Shown here in pieces: positions 50,637 to 61,018 of a stretch of 64,000 bases of DNA (position 1 is the stretch's first letter; each line of letters opens with the position of its first letter). A program made the translations under genes and the position numbers. Under the pieces are notes generated by a model. That model saw only the letters and a list, made by a program, of their open reading frames with translations. It searched no databases and was not told the DNA's origin. Origin of the DNA: Candidatus Latescibacterota bacterium (GTDB taxonomy: Bacteria; Latescibacterota; UBA2968); NCBI GenBank assembly GCA_965198115.1, contig OZ240241.1, positions 2,080,001 through 2,144,000 of the forward strand. The letters run 5' to 3'.

Positions 50637-51400
50637 GCAAGACGCGCCACGGCGAGCACTGAATCCGGACCCTGCACGTGCCCGCAACCAGTCGTGTCCA
50701 CCGCATCGACATCGACGGGTGGAACCACGACGCGGTCATCCCCCGTGTAAACGATGCTCCCTTCCGCCCCCTTGGTAAGGATGAAGGTCCGCACTCCGGA
50801 CGACAGCAGACCTTCCGCAATGGGTTCCGGATCACCCATCTCGTGACGGCGCAGGAACCCACTGGAATTGATGACCACTTCCGCGAAGCCACCCAGTGGG
50901 TGATCGCCCGTCAGCTCGATACTCACGACCGGCACGCCACGCCCCCGAGCCAGGCGGGCCGCATCGACAGCCGCATCACCCAGAAATGGATCGACCGAGA
51001 GCAGGCGAATCCCGTCAAACGCACGATCATCCAAAGGCGGCGCAGACAGATTGGGAAACGCGCCCAGAATCGTTCGGGCGCCGTCTGGATCCGACAGAAT
51101 GACGGCGTGTCCGGTCACCAGGTCCGACCTGGTCCGCACGAGCGAAACGTCCAGCGCTTCCACTCGCTGCAGACCCGCCATAAGGAAAGCCCCGAGGGGG
51201 TCTTCCCCGACCGTATTGCCAGATAACCGCACACCTTGTCCGAGCCCACAAAGCGTCACCGCCGTGTTGGCCGCCTCACCCCCGATGCAATCGATCTCAT
51301 CCAGGATACGCGCGTGTCCATCGCGTTCCGGGAACCGGGACACGCGGATCATCCTGTCGACGCCGATCACGCCGTAGCAGAGAATCGTGGGAGCACGCAT
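50633..51400 (-). pseudogene. PfkB family carbohydrate kinase, C-terminally truncated
   Basis: GGEAANTA..L..LG, GED..G, LTKGAEG; family similarity ends at VDTTGCG with no catalytic Asp and no C-terminal helices. Confidence 0.72.
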
Positions 51401-51411
51401 TCAGGAGCACG

Positions 51412-51446
51412 AAAAAGGGCCGCTCGGCTGACTGAGCCGCGGCCCC
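51412..51446 (-). terminator. Intrinsic terminator after the GGGP synthase gene
   Basis: Minus strand: gggccgc-ggct-cagtc-agccga-gcggccc-tttt. Confidence 0.6.
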
Positions 51447-51466
51447 AACGCGAGTAAGAATGACTT

Positions 51467-52216
51467 TCAAGAAAGCGAGTGGATGGCGTCCCCGAAGGCG
51501 CGAACTTGGTCGGCGTCGGCTTGCCCTTCGAACGCGGTACCGATCACCACGAAATCCGCCCCCGCCTCCACCCGATCGCGGGCATCTTCCGGCCGGCGAA
51601 TGCCACCTCCCACGATCAGCGGGATCGTCACGTAACCGTCTACCGCCCGGATCATGTCGGCCGGAACCATCTGATCGGCGCCGCTACCCGCATCGAGGTA
51701 AACACACGCCATGCCGAGGTATTCGGCGGCCAGTGCGTGGGCCATGGCAATCTCCGGCTTCCGTCGCGGAATCGGTTTGGTGTCGCTCACATACTCGACC
51801 GTCGTTTGAACACCCGACTCGACGAGAATGTATCCTGTCGAAATCGGTTCGATACCGTGGGCCCGAATGGCCGGTGCCGCCTTCACCTGCTGACCGATCA
51901 ACAGGTCGGGATTCCGCCCGCTGATCATGGAGAGAAACAGAATCGCATCTCCGGCAGAGGAAACCTGCGTAGTGTCACCCGGAAAGATGATAAGCGGCAC
52001 GTCAGCGACCGCCCGCTTGACCGCTCGGATCATGCCCTCGAAGTTCGTGGAGATCAGGAAGCTGCCGCCAAACAGCAGCGCATCGGCCCCCTGTTCCACG
52101 CACATCTCTGCCCGGGCAACGATGTCGTCCTTGTCTTGCCGGTCGGGATCGAGCAGGGCGAGGAAACCGGCGCCGCGTCGCGATCGGATATCCATCAATC
52201 GTTCGAACGTCGTCAT
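51467..52216 (-). CDS. Geranylgeranylglyceryl/heptaprenylglyceryl phosphate synthase (group II-like)
   Basis: LLDPD, GGS, IIFPG, FLSMISGRNP..LIG, TGYILV, YLDAGSGA, IVGGGIR. Confidence 0.92.
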   Translation of the reverse strand: MTTFERLMDIRSRRGAGFLALLDPDRQDKDDIVARAEMCVEQGADALLFGGSFLISTNFEGMIRAVKRAVADVPLIIFPGDTTQVSSAGDAILFLSMISGRNPDLLIGQQVKAAPAIRAHGIEPISTGYILVESGVQTTVEYVSDTKPIPRRKPEIAMAHALAAEYLGMACVYLDAGSGADQMVPADMIRAVDGYVTIPLIVGGGIRRPEDARDRVEAGADFVVIGTAFEGQADADQVRAFGDAIHSLS

Positions 52217-52225
52217 CCCCTCCGA

Positions 52226-54871
52226 CTATCCTTCCAGTTTATCCCGAACGATGTCGGGGACCTTGGCCAGGGCTTCGGGAATACGTTCTGGATCCTTGCC
52301 ACCGGCCTGCGCCAGGTGAGGTTTTCCCCCACCACTACCCTCGACGTATCGGGCAACCTCCTTCACGATCTCGCCCGCGTGAACTCCGCGGCTGACCATG
52401 TCGTCCGTCACGACGGTGATCAGGGAGGCTTTGCCATTCAGGGCGGCACCGATTACACCGACGCCTGTCGCTTTGAGCGCATCGCGGAGTTGATCCCCCG
52501 CGCTCCGGAAGACGTCCATGTCGGCCGCCGCGACCGTGCCTGTCGCCACACGAACCCCGGCCACCTCGACAGCCCCGTTCACGAGGTCACCCATGGCGTC
52601 ACCCGCGCTGTCCCTCCTCAGCGACTGCAGCTCGCGTTCGTAGTCTCTGTTTTGTTCGAGCAGCTGCGCCAAGCGATCTGACACACGCGCTCGATCTACT
52701 CCAAGAGCGTCTTCGATCTCTCCCAAAAGCTGCTGATCTGCACGAACGACTTCTTCGGCTCCTCGACCGCTGACTGCCTCCACGCGTCGGACACCGGCCG
52801 CACTCGCCGTTTCCGACGTGAACCGCATCGTTCCGATCTGCCCCGTCGTCGCTGTGTGCGTCCCCCCGCACAACTCCAGACTGAAGTCTCCGATCTGAAC
52901 GACGCGCACGGTATCGCCGTATTTTTCAGAAAACAACATCATCGCGCCACGCTCTCGCGCTTTGTCGTAGCTCGCCAGCGACACGTCAACGACCATGTCT
53001 TCGCGGATAACCTCGTTCACGCGCCGTTCGATCGTCTCCAGCTCCTCGTCGGTGACCTGCGAAAAGTGTGCGAAGTCGAACCGGAGCCGATCGGGTCCCA
53101 CGTAGGACCCCGCCTGGTGGACGTGAGTCCCGAGTGTCTCCCGCAGCCCTGCGTGGATCAGGTGCGTGAGCGTGTGGTTTCGTGCCGTGTCCAGACGACG
53201 TGCGACCTCCACCTCCGCGTGCACGTGTCCCGACGACATGGCTTCCACGTCGCCCTCGATCACACGACCCTCGTGGACGATCGCCTCACCCTGCTTGTAG
53301 GTATCTTCCACGAGAAAACGGGTACCGTCGATCGACAGAACGCCGCGATCGCCGACCTGTCCCCCCGATTCGGCATAGAACGGCGTGCGTGCCAGAAAGA
53401 CCTGATGATGGTCATCGCTCGAAGATACCGCCACAACCTCCGTGTCGGCCGACAGTGTCCCGTATCCGATGAATTCCGAATGGTGCTCGGGTAGGAACCC
53501 TGCGTCGACGGCCTCCTGGCTGACCCCAGCCCGACGCGTCACCTCACGCGAGCGACTCTTTTGCGCCTCCATCGCTCGCTCGAAACCGACGAGGTCAACG
53601 GTCAGGCCCTTCTCCGCCGCCATCAGCTCAGTCAGATCGATCGGGAATCCGTAGGTGTCATAAAGCCGGAAAGCGTCCTCACCCGAGATGGACCCTCGCT
53701 GGCTGACTTCCTCGAAGATCTCGAGACCACGGTCGAGCGTGTTGTTGAAGCCCTCCTCTTCGGACCGGATGACGCGTTGGATATAGTCGGCTTTCTCCAC
53801 GATTTCCGGGAAGGACGCACCCATCACGTCGACCACGGTCGGAACAAGCTCGTGGATGAACGGATCGCGCACCTCGAGCGTCCGTCCGAATCGGGCGGCC
53901 CGGCGAAGGATCCTTCGAAGCACATACCCTCGTCCCTCGTTAGAAGGCACGGCGCCGTCGGCAATGCTGAAAGTCAGCGCGCGAATGTGGTCGGAGATCA
54001 CCTGGATGGCGACACGATGCTCTTCGTTGTAGGGCTTACGTGTCCGCTCGCTGACCGCGGCAATGATGGGTTGAAACAAGTCGGTCTCGTAATTCGAACG
54101 AACGCCCTGGAGAATCTGACATACTCGCTCGAATCCCATCCCCGTGTCGACGTGTTTGTCCGGCAGCACGTTGAGGACGCCGCCATCGCCTCGGTTGTAC
54201 TGAATGAAGACCAGATTCCAGACCTCGACGTAGTCGGGCCCGTCCAGATCGGGTTGGTCGGATTGCGAGGCCGGATCGTCTCCCGTGTAGTAATGGATTT
54301 CCGAACAAGGACCGCAGGGCCCAACCTCGCCCATCTCCCAAAAGTTGTCTTTCTTCCCGAGGTGCAGTACCCGTCCTGGAGCGATGTCCGTCACTTCGTA
54401 CCAAAGATCGTTCGCCTCGGTGTCAGCCTCGAGCCCATCCTCGGCATCGCCCCCGAAGACCGTTGCCCAGAGTCTGTCCTTGGGCAACCTCCAAACTTCC
54501 GTGAGCAGTTCCCACGCCCACCCGATCGCTTCCCGCTTGTAATAGTCGCCGAACGACCAGTTCCCCAGCATCTCGAAGAACGTGTGATGGGAGGGGCTGT
54601 GCCCGACCTCTTCGAGGTCGTTGTGCTTGCCGCTCACGCGGATGCACTTTTGCGAATCAGCCGCGCGTGTGTAAGCACGCCGCCCTGTACCCAGAAACAC
54701 GTCCTTGAACTGGTTCATCCCCGCATTCGTGAACAGGAGTGTCGGGTCGTCGTGCGGCACGACGGGTGCGCTGGCGACGATCTCGTGTTCCTTGCCACGG
54801 AAGAAGGACAGGAAATCGTCTCTGATCTGGTCCGCGGATACGGACAGAGGTCTCTGTGTCGGCTCAGACAT
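52226..54871 (-). CDS. alaS: Alanine--tRNA ligase
   Basis: LLFTNAGMNQFK, HHTFFEMLGNWSFGDY, HxxxH and ELCGGTH editing motifs, GGGKP..AQAGG. Confidence 0.98.
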   Translation of the reverse strand: MSEPTQRPLSVSADQIRDDFLSFFRGKEHEIVASAPVVPHDDPTLLFTNAGMNQFKDVFLGTGRRAYTRAADSQKCIRVSGKHNDLEEVGHSPSHHTFFEMLGNWSFGDYYKREAIGWAWELLTEVWRLPKDRLWATVFGGDAEDGLEADTEANDLWYEVTDIAPGRVLHLGKKDNFWEMGEVGPCGPCSEIHYYTGDDPASQSDQPDLDGPDYVEVWNLVFIQYNRGDGGVLNVLPDKHVDTGMGFERVCQILQGVRSNYETDLFQPIIAAVSERTRKPYNEEHRVAIQVISDHIRALTFSIADGAVPSNEGRGYVLRRILRRAARFGRTLEVRDPFIHELVPTVVDVMGASFPEIVEKADYIQRVIRSEEEGFNNTLDRGLEIFEEVSQRGSISGEDAFRLYDTYGFPIDLTELMAAEKGLTVDLVGFERAMEAQKSRSREVTRRAGVSQEAVDAGFLPEHHSEFIGYGTLSADTEVVAVSSSDDHHQVFLARTPFYAESGGQVGDRGVLSIDGTRFLVEDTYKQGEAIVHEGRVIEGDVEAMSSGHVHAEVEVARRLDTARNHTLTHLIHAGLRETLGTHVHQAGSYVGPDRLRFDFAHFSQVTDEELETIERRVNEVIREDMVVDVSLASYDKARERGAMMLFSEKYGDTVRVVQIGDFSLELCGGTHTATTGQIGTMRFTSETASAAGVRRVEAVSGRGAEEVVRADQQLLGEIEDALGVDRARVSDRLAQLLEQNRDYERELQSLRRDSAGDAMGDLVNGAVEVAGVRVATGTVAAADMDVFRSAGDQLRDALKATGVGVIGAALNGKASLITVVTDDMVSRGVHAGEIVKEVARYVEGSGGGKPHLAQAGGKDPERIPEALAKVPDIVRDKLEG

Positions 54872-54891
54872 GAGGCTGTTTGATGGGGATC

Positions 54892-55428
54892 TCAGTCAGG
54901 ATCGATCGTGCCGTCGTCGCCCATTTCCGCCAGGGCTCGGGCGGCCGCAGACCGTGCCACATCGGGCGAAAAACCGCGTCTGCCCAGGAACCCGTACATG
55001 CGATTGAGCGCTTTGACGCGATCCAGGTGAAGATAACGAGAACGACGCTCGCACAAAAGACGAAAGGCGATGGCTTCCAGATCGACGCCCTCGAACGCCT
55101 CTTCCAGCGCGGCTTCGATCAGAGCCACGTCGACCCCGCGACGCCGGAGATCACGCCGAAGGGCGGCGTGCCCCGACGGCCGAAGCCTGAGCCGTTCTCG
55201 AATAAAGCGGGCGGCGAAATCGGCATCGTCGATCAGACCGACACGTTCGAGTGCTTCGACCGTATCCGTGACGATCGATTCCCCGAACCCCCGGTCACGG
55301 AGTTTGCGGATGATCTCCGTCCGGGTATAGGCGCGGCGTTCCAGGAGCTGGAACGCCGCTTTTTTCGCCTTTTCGATGTCGGGGTCCAGTTCGAACAGAC
55401 CGGGCCCTGCTTGAATGCTTTCGATCAG
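54892..55428 (-). CDS. recX: Regulatory protein RecX, probable CTG start overlapping the recA stop
   Basis: [33 protein letters not shown]...[11 protein letters not shown] and FLGRRGF in one open frame directly after recA. Confidence 0.88.
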   Translation of the reverse strand: MIESIQAGPGLFELDPDIEKAKKAAFQLLERRAYTRTEIIRKLRDRGFGESIVTDTVEALERVGLIDDADFAARFIRERLRLRPSGHAALRRDLRRRGVDVALIEAALEEAFEGVDLEAIAFRLLCERRSRYLHLDRVKALNRMYGFLGRRGFSPDVARSAAARALAEMGDDGTIDPD

Positions 55429-56507
55429 TTGGGCTCCGCCGCTAGACGATCGGGTGACACCGTTTCGGGCGATTCTGTTTCCCCATTATCGTCTTCGTCG
55501 GTGGGAAGACCGATCGCCATCCTGACCTCGTTCTCGATCTTTTGAGCCAGATCGGTGTGTTCGGCCAGGTATCGCTTCACGTTTTCGCGCCCTTGCCCGA
55601 GACGCTCTTCGCCGTGCGAGAACCACGTACCGCTCTTGGTGATGATCTCGTGGAGCTCGGCCATGTCGAGAATGCCGCCTTCGCGCGAGACGCCTTCGCC
55701 GAACATCAGATCGAATTCGGCCTCTTTAAAGGGCGCCGCCACCTTGTTCTTGACGACGCGGATTTTCACGCGATTTCCGATGACGTTCTGTCCGTCCTTG
55801 ATTGCGCCGATCCGTCGAATCTCCATACGAACCGAAGTGTAAAACTTGAGGGCGTTCCCACCCGACGTCGTCTCGGGATTCCCGAACATCACCCCGATCT
55901 TCATCCGAATCTGATTCGTGAAAATCACGATCGTCTTGGACCGGCTGATCGACCCCGTCAGCTTGCGCATGGCCTGGGACATGAGCCGGGCCTGGAGACC
56001 GACGTGTGTATCTCCCATTTCCCCCTCGAGCTCTGCCCGGGGCACCAGGGCGGCCACCGAATCGACCACGACCACGTCGAAGGCGCCGCTTCGAACGAGG
56101 GTATCTGTGATTTCCAACGCTTCTTCGCCGTTGTCGGGCTGGGAGATCAACAGGTTTTCGAGATCTACACCGATGCGCTCGGCCAGTTCGGCATTGAGCG
56201 CGTGTTCGGCATCCACGAAGGCGGCGACCCCACCACGTTTGAGCGCTTCGGCGATCACGTGGAGACAGATCGTCGTCTTACCCGACCCTTCGGGACCGTA
56301 GATCTCTGTGACACGCCCTCGCGGGAGGCCACCGACGCCGAGCGCGACATCGAGCGCAAGCGCACCCGTCGGGATGACGTCCACCGGTACCCGTTCGCCA
56401 TCGTCGCCGGCCAGACGCATGATTGAGCCTTTTCCGAACTGCTTTTCGATCTGCGACACCGCCGCCTCCACCGATTTTTCTCGCCCGTTTTCAACTTTTT
56501 TAACCAT
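55425..56507 (-). CDS. recA: Recombinase RecA
   Basis: [46 protein letters not shown]. Confidence 0.99.
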   Translation of the reverse strand: MVKKVENGREKSVEAAVSQIEKQFGKGSIMRLAGDDGERVPVDVIPTGALALDVALGVGGLPRGRVTEIYGPEGSGKTTICLHVIAEALKRGGVAAFVDAEHALNAELAERIGVDLENLLISQPDNGEEALEITDTLVRSGAFDVVVVDSVAALVPRAELEGEMGDTHVGLQARLMSQAMRKLTGSISRSKTIVIFTNQIRMKIGVMFGNPETTSGGNALKFYTSVRMEIRRIGAIKDGQNVIGNRVKIRVVKNKVAAPFKEAEFDLMFGEGVSREGGILDMAELHEIITKSGTWFSHGEERLGQGRENVKRYLAEHTDLAQKIENEVRMAIGLPTDEDDNGETESPETVSPDRLAAEPN

Positions 56508-56602
56508 CGCCAAATCCCCTTGCTGGGTTCAGTTTCGTATCGTTTCGGATCACGGCACAGTCCACGGAATGAATGCCTGTGCCGAACGTGAGCGACGACC
56601 GG

Positions 56603-56631
56603 AATATAGTGCACATATGTATATGCGTCAA
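56603..56631 (-). promoter_or_regulatory. recA promoter with a candidate LexA operator in the spacer
   Basis: TTGACG-17 nt-TATATT; the spacer holds the quasi-palindrome TATAC-ATAT-GTGCA (56610-56623). Confidence 0.68.
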
Positions 56632-57170
56632 GCGCGGAGCGGAAACTCCTGAATCGGCCTGTAGACAGCGTCACCCGACCGAAGCAGGCTCTCCATCAAC
56701 GAAACCGTCCGACTCTCGAACGACACCGCCGGTACAGCCCGTTCTGAAACTCGCACGGGCCGCCGTGCCCGCCCCACGGTCAGGTGCGGACGAAACACCC
56801 GCTGTTCGCGCTCGAAACCGACCGTCTCCAGCTCCGATTCGATGGCCGACTGAAGACGCCCGAGCGCCTCGAGATCACCGTCGAGACCGACCCAGACAAC
56901 CCGTGCCCGGTCCGCCCGCGGGAATCCGCCCAAAGAGGTCAGCCTCAGCGAGATGGGTTCCTCATCCACAGCTCGTGCAAGGGCATCGCCGATCCCCACC
57001 AACCGGTCGCGATCGATCTCACCCAGGAACTTGAGCGTCAGATGGATCCCTTCGGATCGAACCCATCGAACGCCATCCATCCCTTCGCATAACTCCTCGA
57101 CGAGACCGCCCAACGCGGAATGAACCGTCTCGGGCAGGCGCACGGCCACGAAGCAACGCACGGACGCCAT
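56628..57170 (-). CDS. thpR: RNA 2',3'-cyclic phosphodiesterase (2H family)
   Basis: RCFVAV, HLTLKFLG, RPHLTVGR. Confidence 0.9.
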   Translation of the reverse strand: MASVRCFVAVRLPETVHSALGGLVEELCEGMDGVRWVRSEGIHLTLKFLGEIDRDRLVGIGDALARAVDEEPISLRLTSLGGFPRADRARVVWVGLDGDLEALGRLQSAIESELETVGFEREQRVFRPHLTVGRARRPVRVSERAVPAVSFESRTVSLMESLLRSGDAVYRPIQEFPLRA

Positions 57171-57631
57171 CAGCCTGGCGGGGGTCCACCGACGACGAGT
57201 AATCCGATCCGAATCAGGATGTTCGCATACACGGCGGCGACCACGTCGTCGACGACGACGCCCCATCCACCGGGCAGATATTCTGCCTGACGCGCCGGAG
57301 GCGGCTTGACGACGTCCAGAGCACGAAACAGAAAAAATGCCACGATGCCTAACAGCAGAGATTGAGGGAGAAATGCGGTCGTCACGAAGAACCCGACGAC
57401 TTCGTCGATCACGACCTGAGGGGGATCGTGACCCCACTCTCGTTCACCCTTGTAGGACAGGTAAACGGCGATCGGAAACAGAATGAGGAGGAGAGCGACC
57501 CACTCGACGGAGGAGAGCGGGGGTATCAGGGCGTAAATCAGCAGCGCGACAGCCGATCCACACGTTCCCGATGCGAAAACGGAATAGCCTGAAAAGAAAC
57601 CCGTGACCAGCAGCCGTTCGACCAGGTTCAA
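57170..57631 (-). CDS. pgpA: Phosphatidylglycerophosphatase A
   Basis: SGT.GS, HDPPQVVIDEVVG, FRALDVVKP.P, GG.GVVVDD. Confidence 0.92.
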   Translation of the reverse strand: MNLVERLLVTGFFSGYSVFASGTCGSAVALLIYALIPPLSSVEWVALLLILFPIAVYLSYKGEREWGHDPPQVVIDEVVGFFVTTAFLPQSLLLGIVAFFLFRALDVVKPPPARQAEYLPGGWGVVVDDVVAAVYANILIRIGLLVVGGPPPG

Positions 57632-58260
57632 GCTGTCGCCCGCCACGCGGCGATCAGATACTGCAAACCTGAGATCACGGCGAGCACGGTGACGATCCCC
57701 ACCGCGCCGTTCACGACGAACGACGCCCAGAATCCGGTCATATCGATCGAGGCCAAGCCGTACTCCGCGAGCGACACCTTTATGGCGACGGCCAGCATGA
57801 TCGCCGACACCACGACCAGCTGTAGCATCGTCTTGATTTTCGCGAAGAAAGACGTTTGGAGCGGGCAGCCACGGCGGATCAGAATCGCACGGAGCAGTGT
57901 GATCGCCACATCCCGCACGAGCGTCACGACCACCAGCCAAGCGTGAACCAACTGCATCATAACGAATGCCACGAGAGCGGACGAAACCAGGAGCTTGTCG
58001 GCAAGAGGATCCATGAATCTGCCGAACTCCGTCGTCGTACCCGCTCTCCTCGCGATACGCCCATCATACAGATCCGTCAGCGCCGCAATGCCGAATACGA
58101 TGCACCCCGACACACGCGCATACCAGAGGTCCGACAACAGGAGAAGAAGATACACCGGTGTCAGGATGATACGAACCACCGTCAGGACGTTGGGAATCGT
58201 CCACAGCTGATCGCTCGGCTGAGCGACGGGATCCGGTACGATCGTCTTGGACGCCTCCAC
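57628..58260 (-). CDS. pgsA: CDP-diacylglycerol--glycerol-3-phosphate 3-phosphatidyltransferase
   Basis: IPNVLTVVR, TDLYDGRIARR....T.FG..MDPLADK. Confidence 0.88.
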   Translation of the reverse strand: MEASKTIVPDPVAQPSDQLWTIPNVLTVVRIILTPVYLLLLLSDLWYARVSGCIVFGIAALTDLYDGRIARRAGTTTEFGRFMDPLADKLLVSSALVAFVMMQLVHAWLVVVTLVRDVAITLLRAILIRRGCPLQTSFFAKIKTMLQLVVVSAIMLAVAIKVSLAEYGLASIDMTGFWASFVVNGAVGIVTVLAVISGLQYLIAAWRATA

Positions 58261-58859
58261 TACAGCTGCCTCCGGCCCTCGAGCGCGCGGCTCAGCGTCA
58301 CCTGATCCGCCAGCGCGAGGTCGCTGCCGACCGGGAGACCGCGGGCGATCTGCGTGACTTGCACGGGCGCACCCGCCAGCAGCTGGTTCAGATACTGGGC
58401 TGTCGCATCCCCCTCGACCGTCGGTTCGTTCGCCAGAATCACCTCTTGCACCTCCCCGCTCGCGAGCCTGCCCGGCAGCGTTTCGATGTTCAGGTCCTCG
58501 GGCCTCACGCCCTCGAGCGGCGAGAGCCTTCCACCCAGTACGTGGTAGAGACCGCGAAAGTGCGCCGTTCGCTCGATCGCGAGCAGATTCGCGACCGTAT
58601 CGACCACCATCAACGTCGTGCGATCGCGCCGGGGATCGCTGCAGATGCTGCACGGGTCGGTCAACCCAAGGTTTCCACACGTGCCGCAAGACGTGACGTT
58701 CGTCTTCACATCGACCATCAGGTCAGCGAGTCGGCGCACTTCCTCCGTGTCCCACGTCAACATCTCGAGCGCGATGCGACGCGCTGACTTGGGCCCGACG
58801 CCGGGCAACCGGTTCAGTCCTTTGGCCAGCCGATCGATTGGATTTTCAACGTTCATCAC
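58260..58859 (-). CDS. recR: Recombination mediator RecR
   Basis: LPGVGPKSA, C4 zinc finger, YHVLGG.LSP, EGDATA, IARGLPVG. Confidence 0.96.
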   Translation of the reverse strand: MMNVENPIDRLAKGLNRLPGVGPKSARRIALEMLTWDTEEVRRLADLMVDVKTNVTSCGTCGNLGLTDPCSICSDPRRDRTTLMVVDTVANLLAIERTAHFRGLYHVLGGRLSPLEGVRPEDLNIETLPGRLASGEVQEVILANEPTVEGDATAQYLNQLLAGAPVQVTQIARGLPVGSDLALADQVTLSRALEGRRQL

Positions 58860-58912
58860 ACCACACGAGAGATCGTTCCTGGATGTTCAATGTTCCATCC
58901 TCGATCTCGATA

Positions 58913-59242
58913 TTAAATCCCTAGTCCCTGCATCATGCCTGGGGGAATCATTCCTGCCGTCGCCTTTTGCATCTCTTGCTCTGCAAGCGATTGGGCCTTT
59001 TCTCGAGCTTGCTGAATCGCCGCAATCACGAGATCCTCCAGCATCTCCACGTCATCGGGATCGACAACCTCGGGGTCGATCTTGATGGCCACGATCTCCT
59101 GATGGCCGTTCGCCGTCGCGACGACCATGCCACCGCCGGCGTCTCCCTGCACTTGCTTGGATCCCAGTTCCTCCTGCACTTTCGCCATCTTGGCCTGGAG
59201 TTTCTGGGCCTGTTTCATCATCCCGCCCGTGCCTTTTGCCAT
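58913..59242 (-). CDS. ybaB: YbaB/EbfC nucleoid-associated protein
   Basis: MMKQAQK.Q, G.AGGGMV, DVEMLEDLV; lies between dnaX and recR. Confidence 0.94.
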   Translation of the reverse strand: MAKGTGGMMKQAQKLQAKMAKVQEELGSKQVQGDAGGGMVVATANGHQEIVAIKIDPEVVDPDDVEMLEDLVIAAIQQAREKAQSLAEQEMQKATAGMIPPGMMQGLGI

Positions 59243-59260
59243 CTCGCCTCCAAGTCCCCG

Positions 59261-60946
59261 TTACCGGCCTACGATCTCACCGTCGAAAATCTTGAGCGCT
59301 GTCTGTACGCGTTCGTCGTCCTCAACGCGTTGCTCCCGCCTGGCCTCTGGATCATCGTCGTAATCCACCTCGCAGACAACCCGTAGATCGAGCCCGAACA
59401 TCCCCTTCAAGACGTGCTCGACCGTCTCCCGGTTTCGACGCACCTGACTGGCGTGAAAGTCCCGTGTGCGCTTGAACACGACAAGCAACTGATTGTCGTC
59501 CAGGCTACGGGGTTCGCTCTCACCCAGAAACGTCCCGACCGACACCTTCTCCTCCCGAACCGCAGCCACGACCTCGTTCCACTTCGTACGGATCCCGTCG
59601 ATTGAAACCGGCTCCGCGGTTCCAGCGTGCTCCTCCTCGCGGACCTCGGGTTGGGGGTCGCTCGCAGATTCCGGCGGAGGGGGCGAATCTTCGTCGTCGG
59701 CCCCCTCCTCACTCGATCCATTGGCAGGGGGCCCCGATGGGGCCCGGGGCGTCGGCTTGCGCACGGCGGTGGGGGCGGGTTTAGAGGAAGCTGACGGGCC
59801 TGCCGCTTCGACAGCATCCATCGCATCCAGCCGGGCCATCAGCGTTTCGAGCTGGACGGTCGTGGCTGCCTGGATCAGCTTCATCACGGTCAGCTCCAGC
59901 CAGAAGCGGGGCTCTCCGACACGCCCCAGATTCAGCTCGAGGTCGGCCACCGTATTCAACATGCGCACGAGTTGCTGCTCATCGAAACCGGCTGCCATCT
60001 CCTGATACAGGGCCAGCTCGTCTTCTGGCAAGTCGCCCCCGACAACCTCACCTTCGACGTGGGCCACCAGGAGATGACGCACGTGCTCCAGGAGCCCTTC
60101 GACGAACTCACCGACATCGCCGCCCCCCTCGAGCAACTCGGCGATCAGCTTGAGAGCGGTCGCCCCGTCCTGGTCCTGGACGGCCGTCGTGAGTTGGAAG
60201 TAGAGTTCGCGGGGGACGATGCCCAATAGCGCTCGAACCGACTCCGCGTCGATCCCCGACTCCGAGAATGAGATGGCTTGATCCAACAGACTCAGCGCGT
60301 CGCGTAAACTCCCGTCGGCACGCTGGGCAATCAGATAGAGTGACGCCTCGTCAACCTCGATCGACTTCTCATCTACGAGGTGTTTGAGCGCGTCGACAAT
60401 TTCACGTGTCGGAATCCGGCGGAAGTTGTATCTCTGGCAGCGAGACAGGATGGTGTCCGGGACCTTGTTGGGTTCGGTCGTCGCAAACACGAACACCACG
60501 TGAGGCGGGGGCTCTTCGAGAGTCTTCAGCAGCGCATTGAACGCACCGATCGACAGCATATGGACTTCGTCGATGATGTAGACCTTGCGTTTGTTCTTGG
60601 ACGCGGCAAAGCCGACCTCTTCGCGGAGCTGTCGAACGTCGTCGACGAGGCCGGTCGATGCGCCATCGATCTCACGCACATCCAGACTGCGGCCGTCGCG
60701 TATGGCGGTGCACGACGCGCACACACCGCACGGGTCGGGCGTCGGGCCTTGCTCGCAATTCAGTGCTTTGGCCAGAAGGCGTGCGGTCGTGGTCTTGCCC
60801 GTTCCGCGAGGACCGGAAAAGAGATAGGCCTGGGCGATCCGGTCGGCTCGAATGGCGTTCTGGATGGTCTTGACGATGTGGTCTTGCGAGACAACGTCCT
60901 TGAAGACCTCGGGGCGTCGCTCGCGTGCCATCACCTGGTAGGACAT
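59261..60946 (-). CDS. dnaX: DNA polymerase III subunit gamma/tau
   Basis: MSYQVMARERRP, GPRGTGKTT, IIDEVHML, NALLKTLEEPP, SRCQ. The computed ORF extension to 61180 runs through the SRP RNA. Confidence 0.96.
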   Translation of the reverse strand: MSYQVMARERRPEVFKDVVSQDHIVKTIQNAIRADRIAQAYLFSGPRGTGKTTTARLLAKALNCEQGPTPDPCGVCASCTAIRDGRSLDVREIDGASTGLVDDVRQLREEVGFAASKNKRKVYIIDEVHMLSIGAFNALLKTLEEPPPHVVFVFATTEPNKVPDTILSRCQRYNFRRIPTREIVDALKHLVDEKSIEVDEASLYLIAQRADGSLRDALSLLDQAISFSESGIDAESVRALLGIVPRELYFQLTTAVQDQDGATALKLIAELLEGGGDVGEFVEGLLEHVRHLLVAHVEGEVVGGDLPEDELALYQEMAAGFDEQQLVRMLNTVADLELNLGRVGEPRFWLELTVMKLIQAATTVQLETLMARLDAMDAVEAAGPSASSKPAPTAVRKPTPRAPSGPPANGSSEEGADDEDSPPPPESASDPQPEVREEEHAGTAEPVSIDGIRTKWNEVVAAVREEKVSVGTFLGESEPRSLDDNQLLVVFKRTRDFHASQVRRNRETVEHVLKGMFGLDLRVVCEVDYDDDPEARREQRVEDDERVQTALKIFDGEIVGR

Positions 60947-61018
60947 GGTATGTGCCAGCCGCGTGTGGGTCCGCAACATCAGGCGAGAGAGAAAACTGGG
61001 GGCAAGGAGATACGAAAA

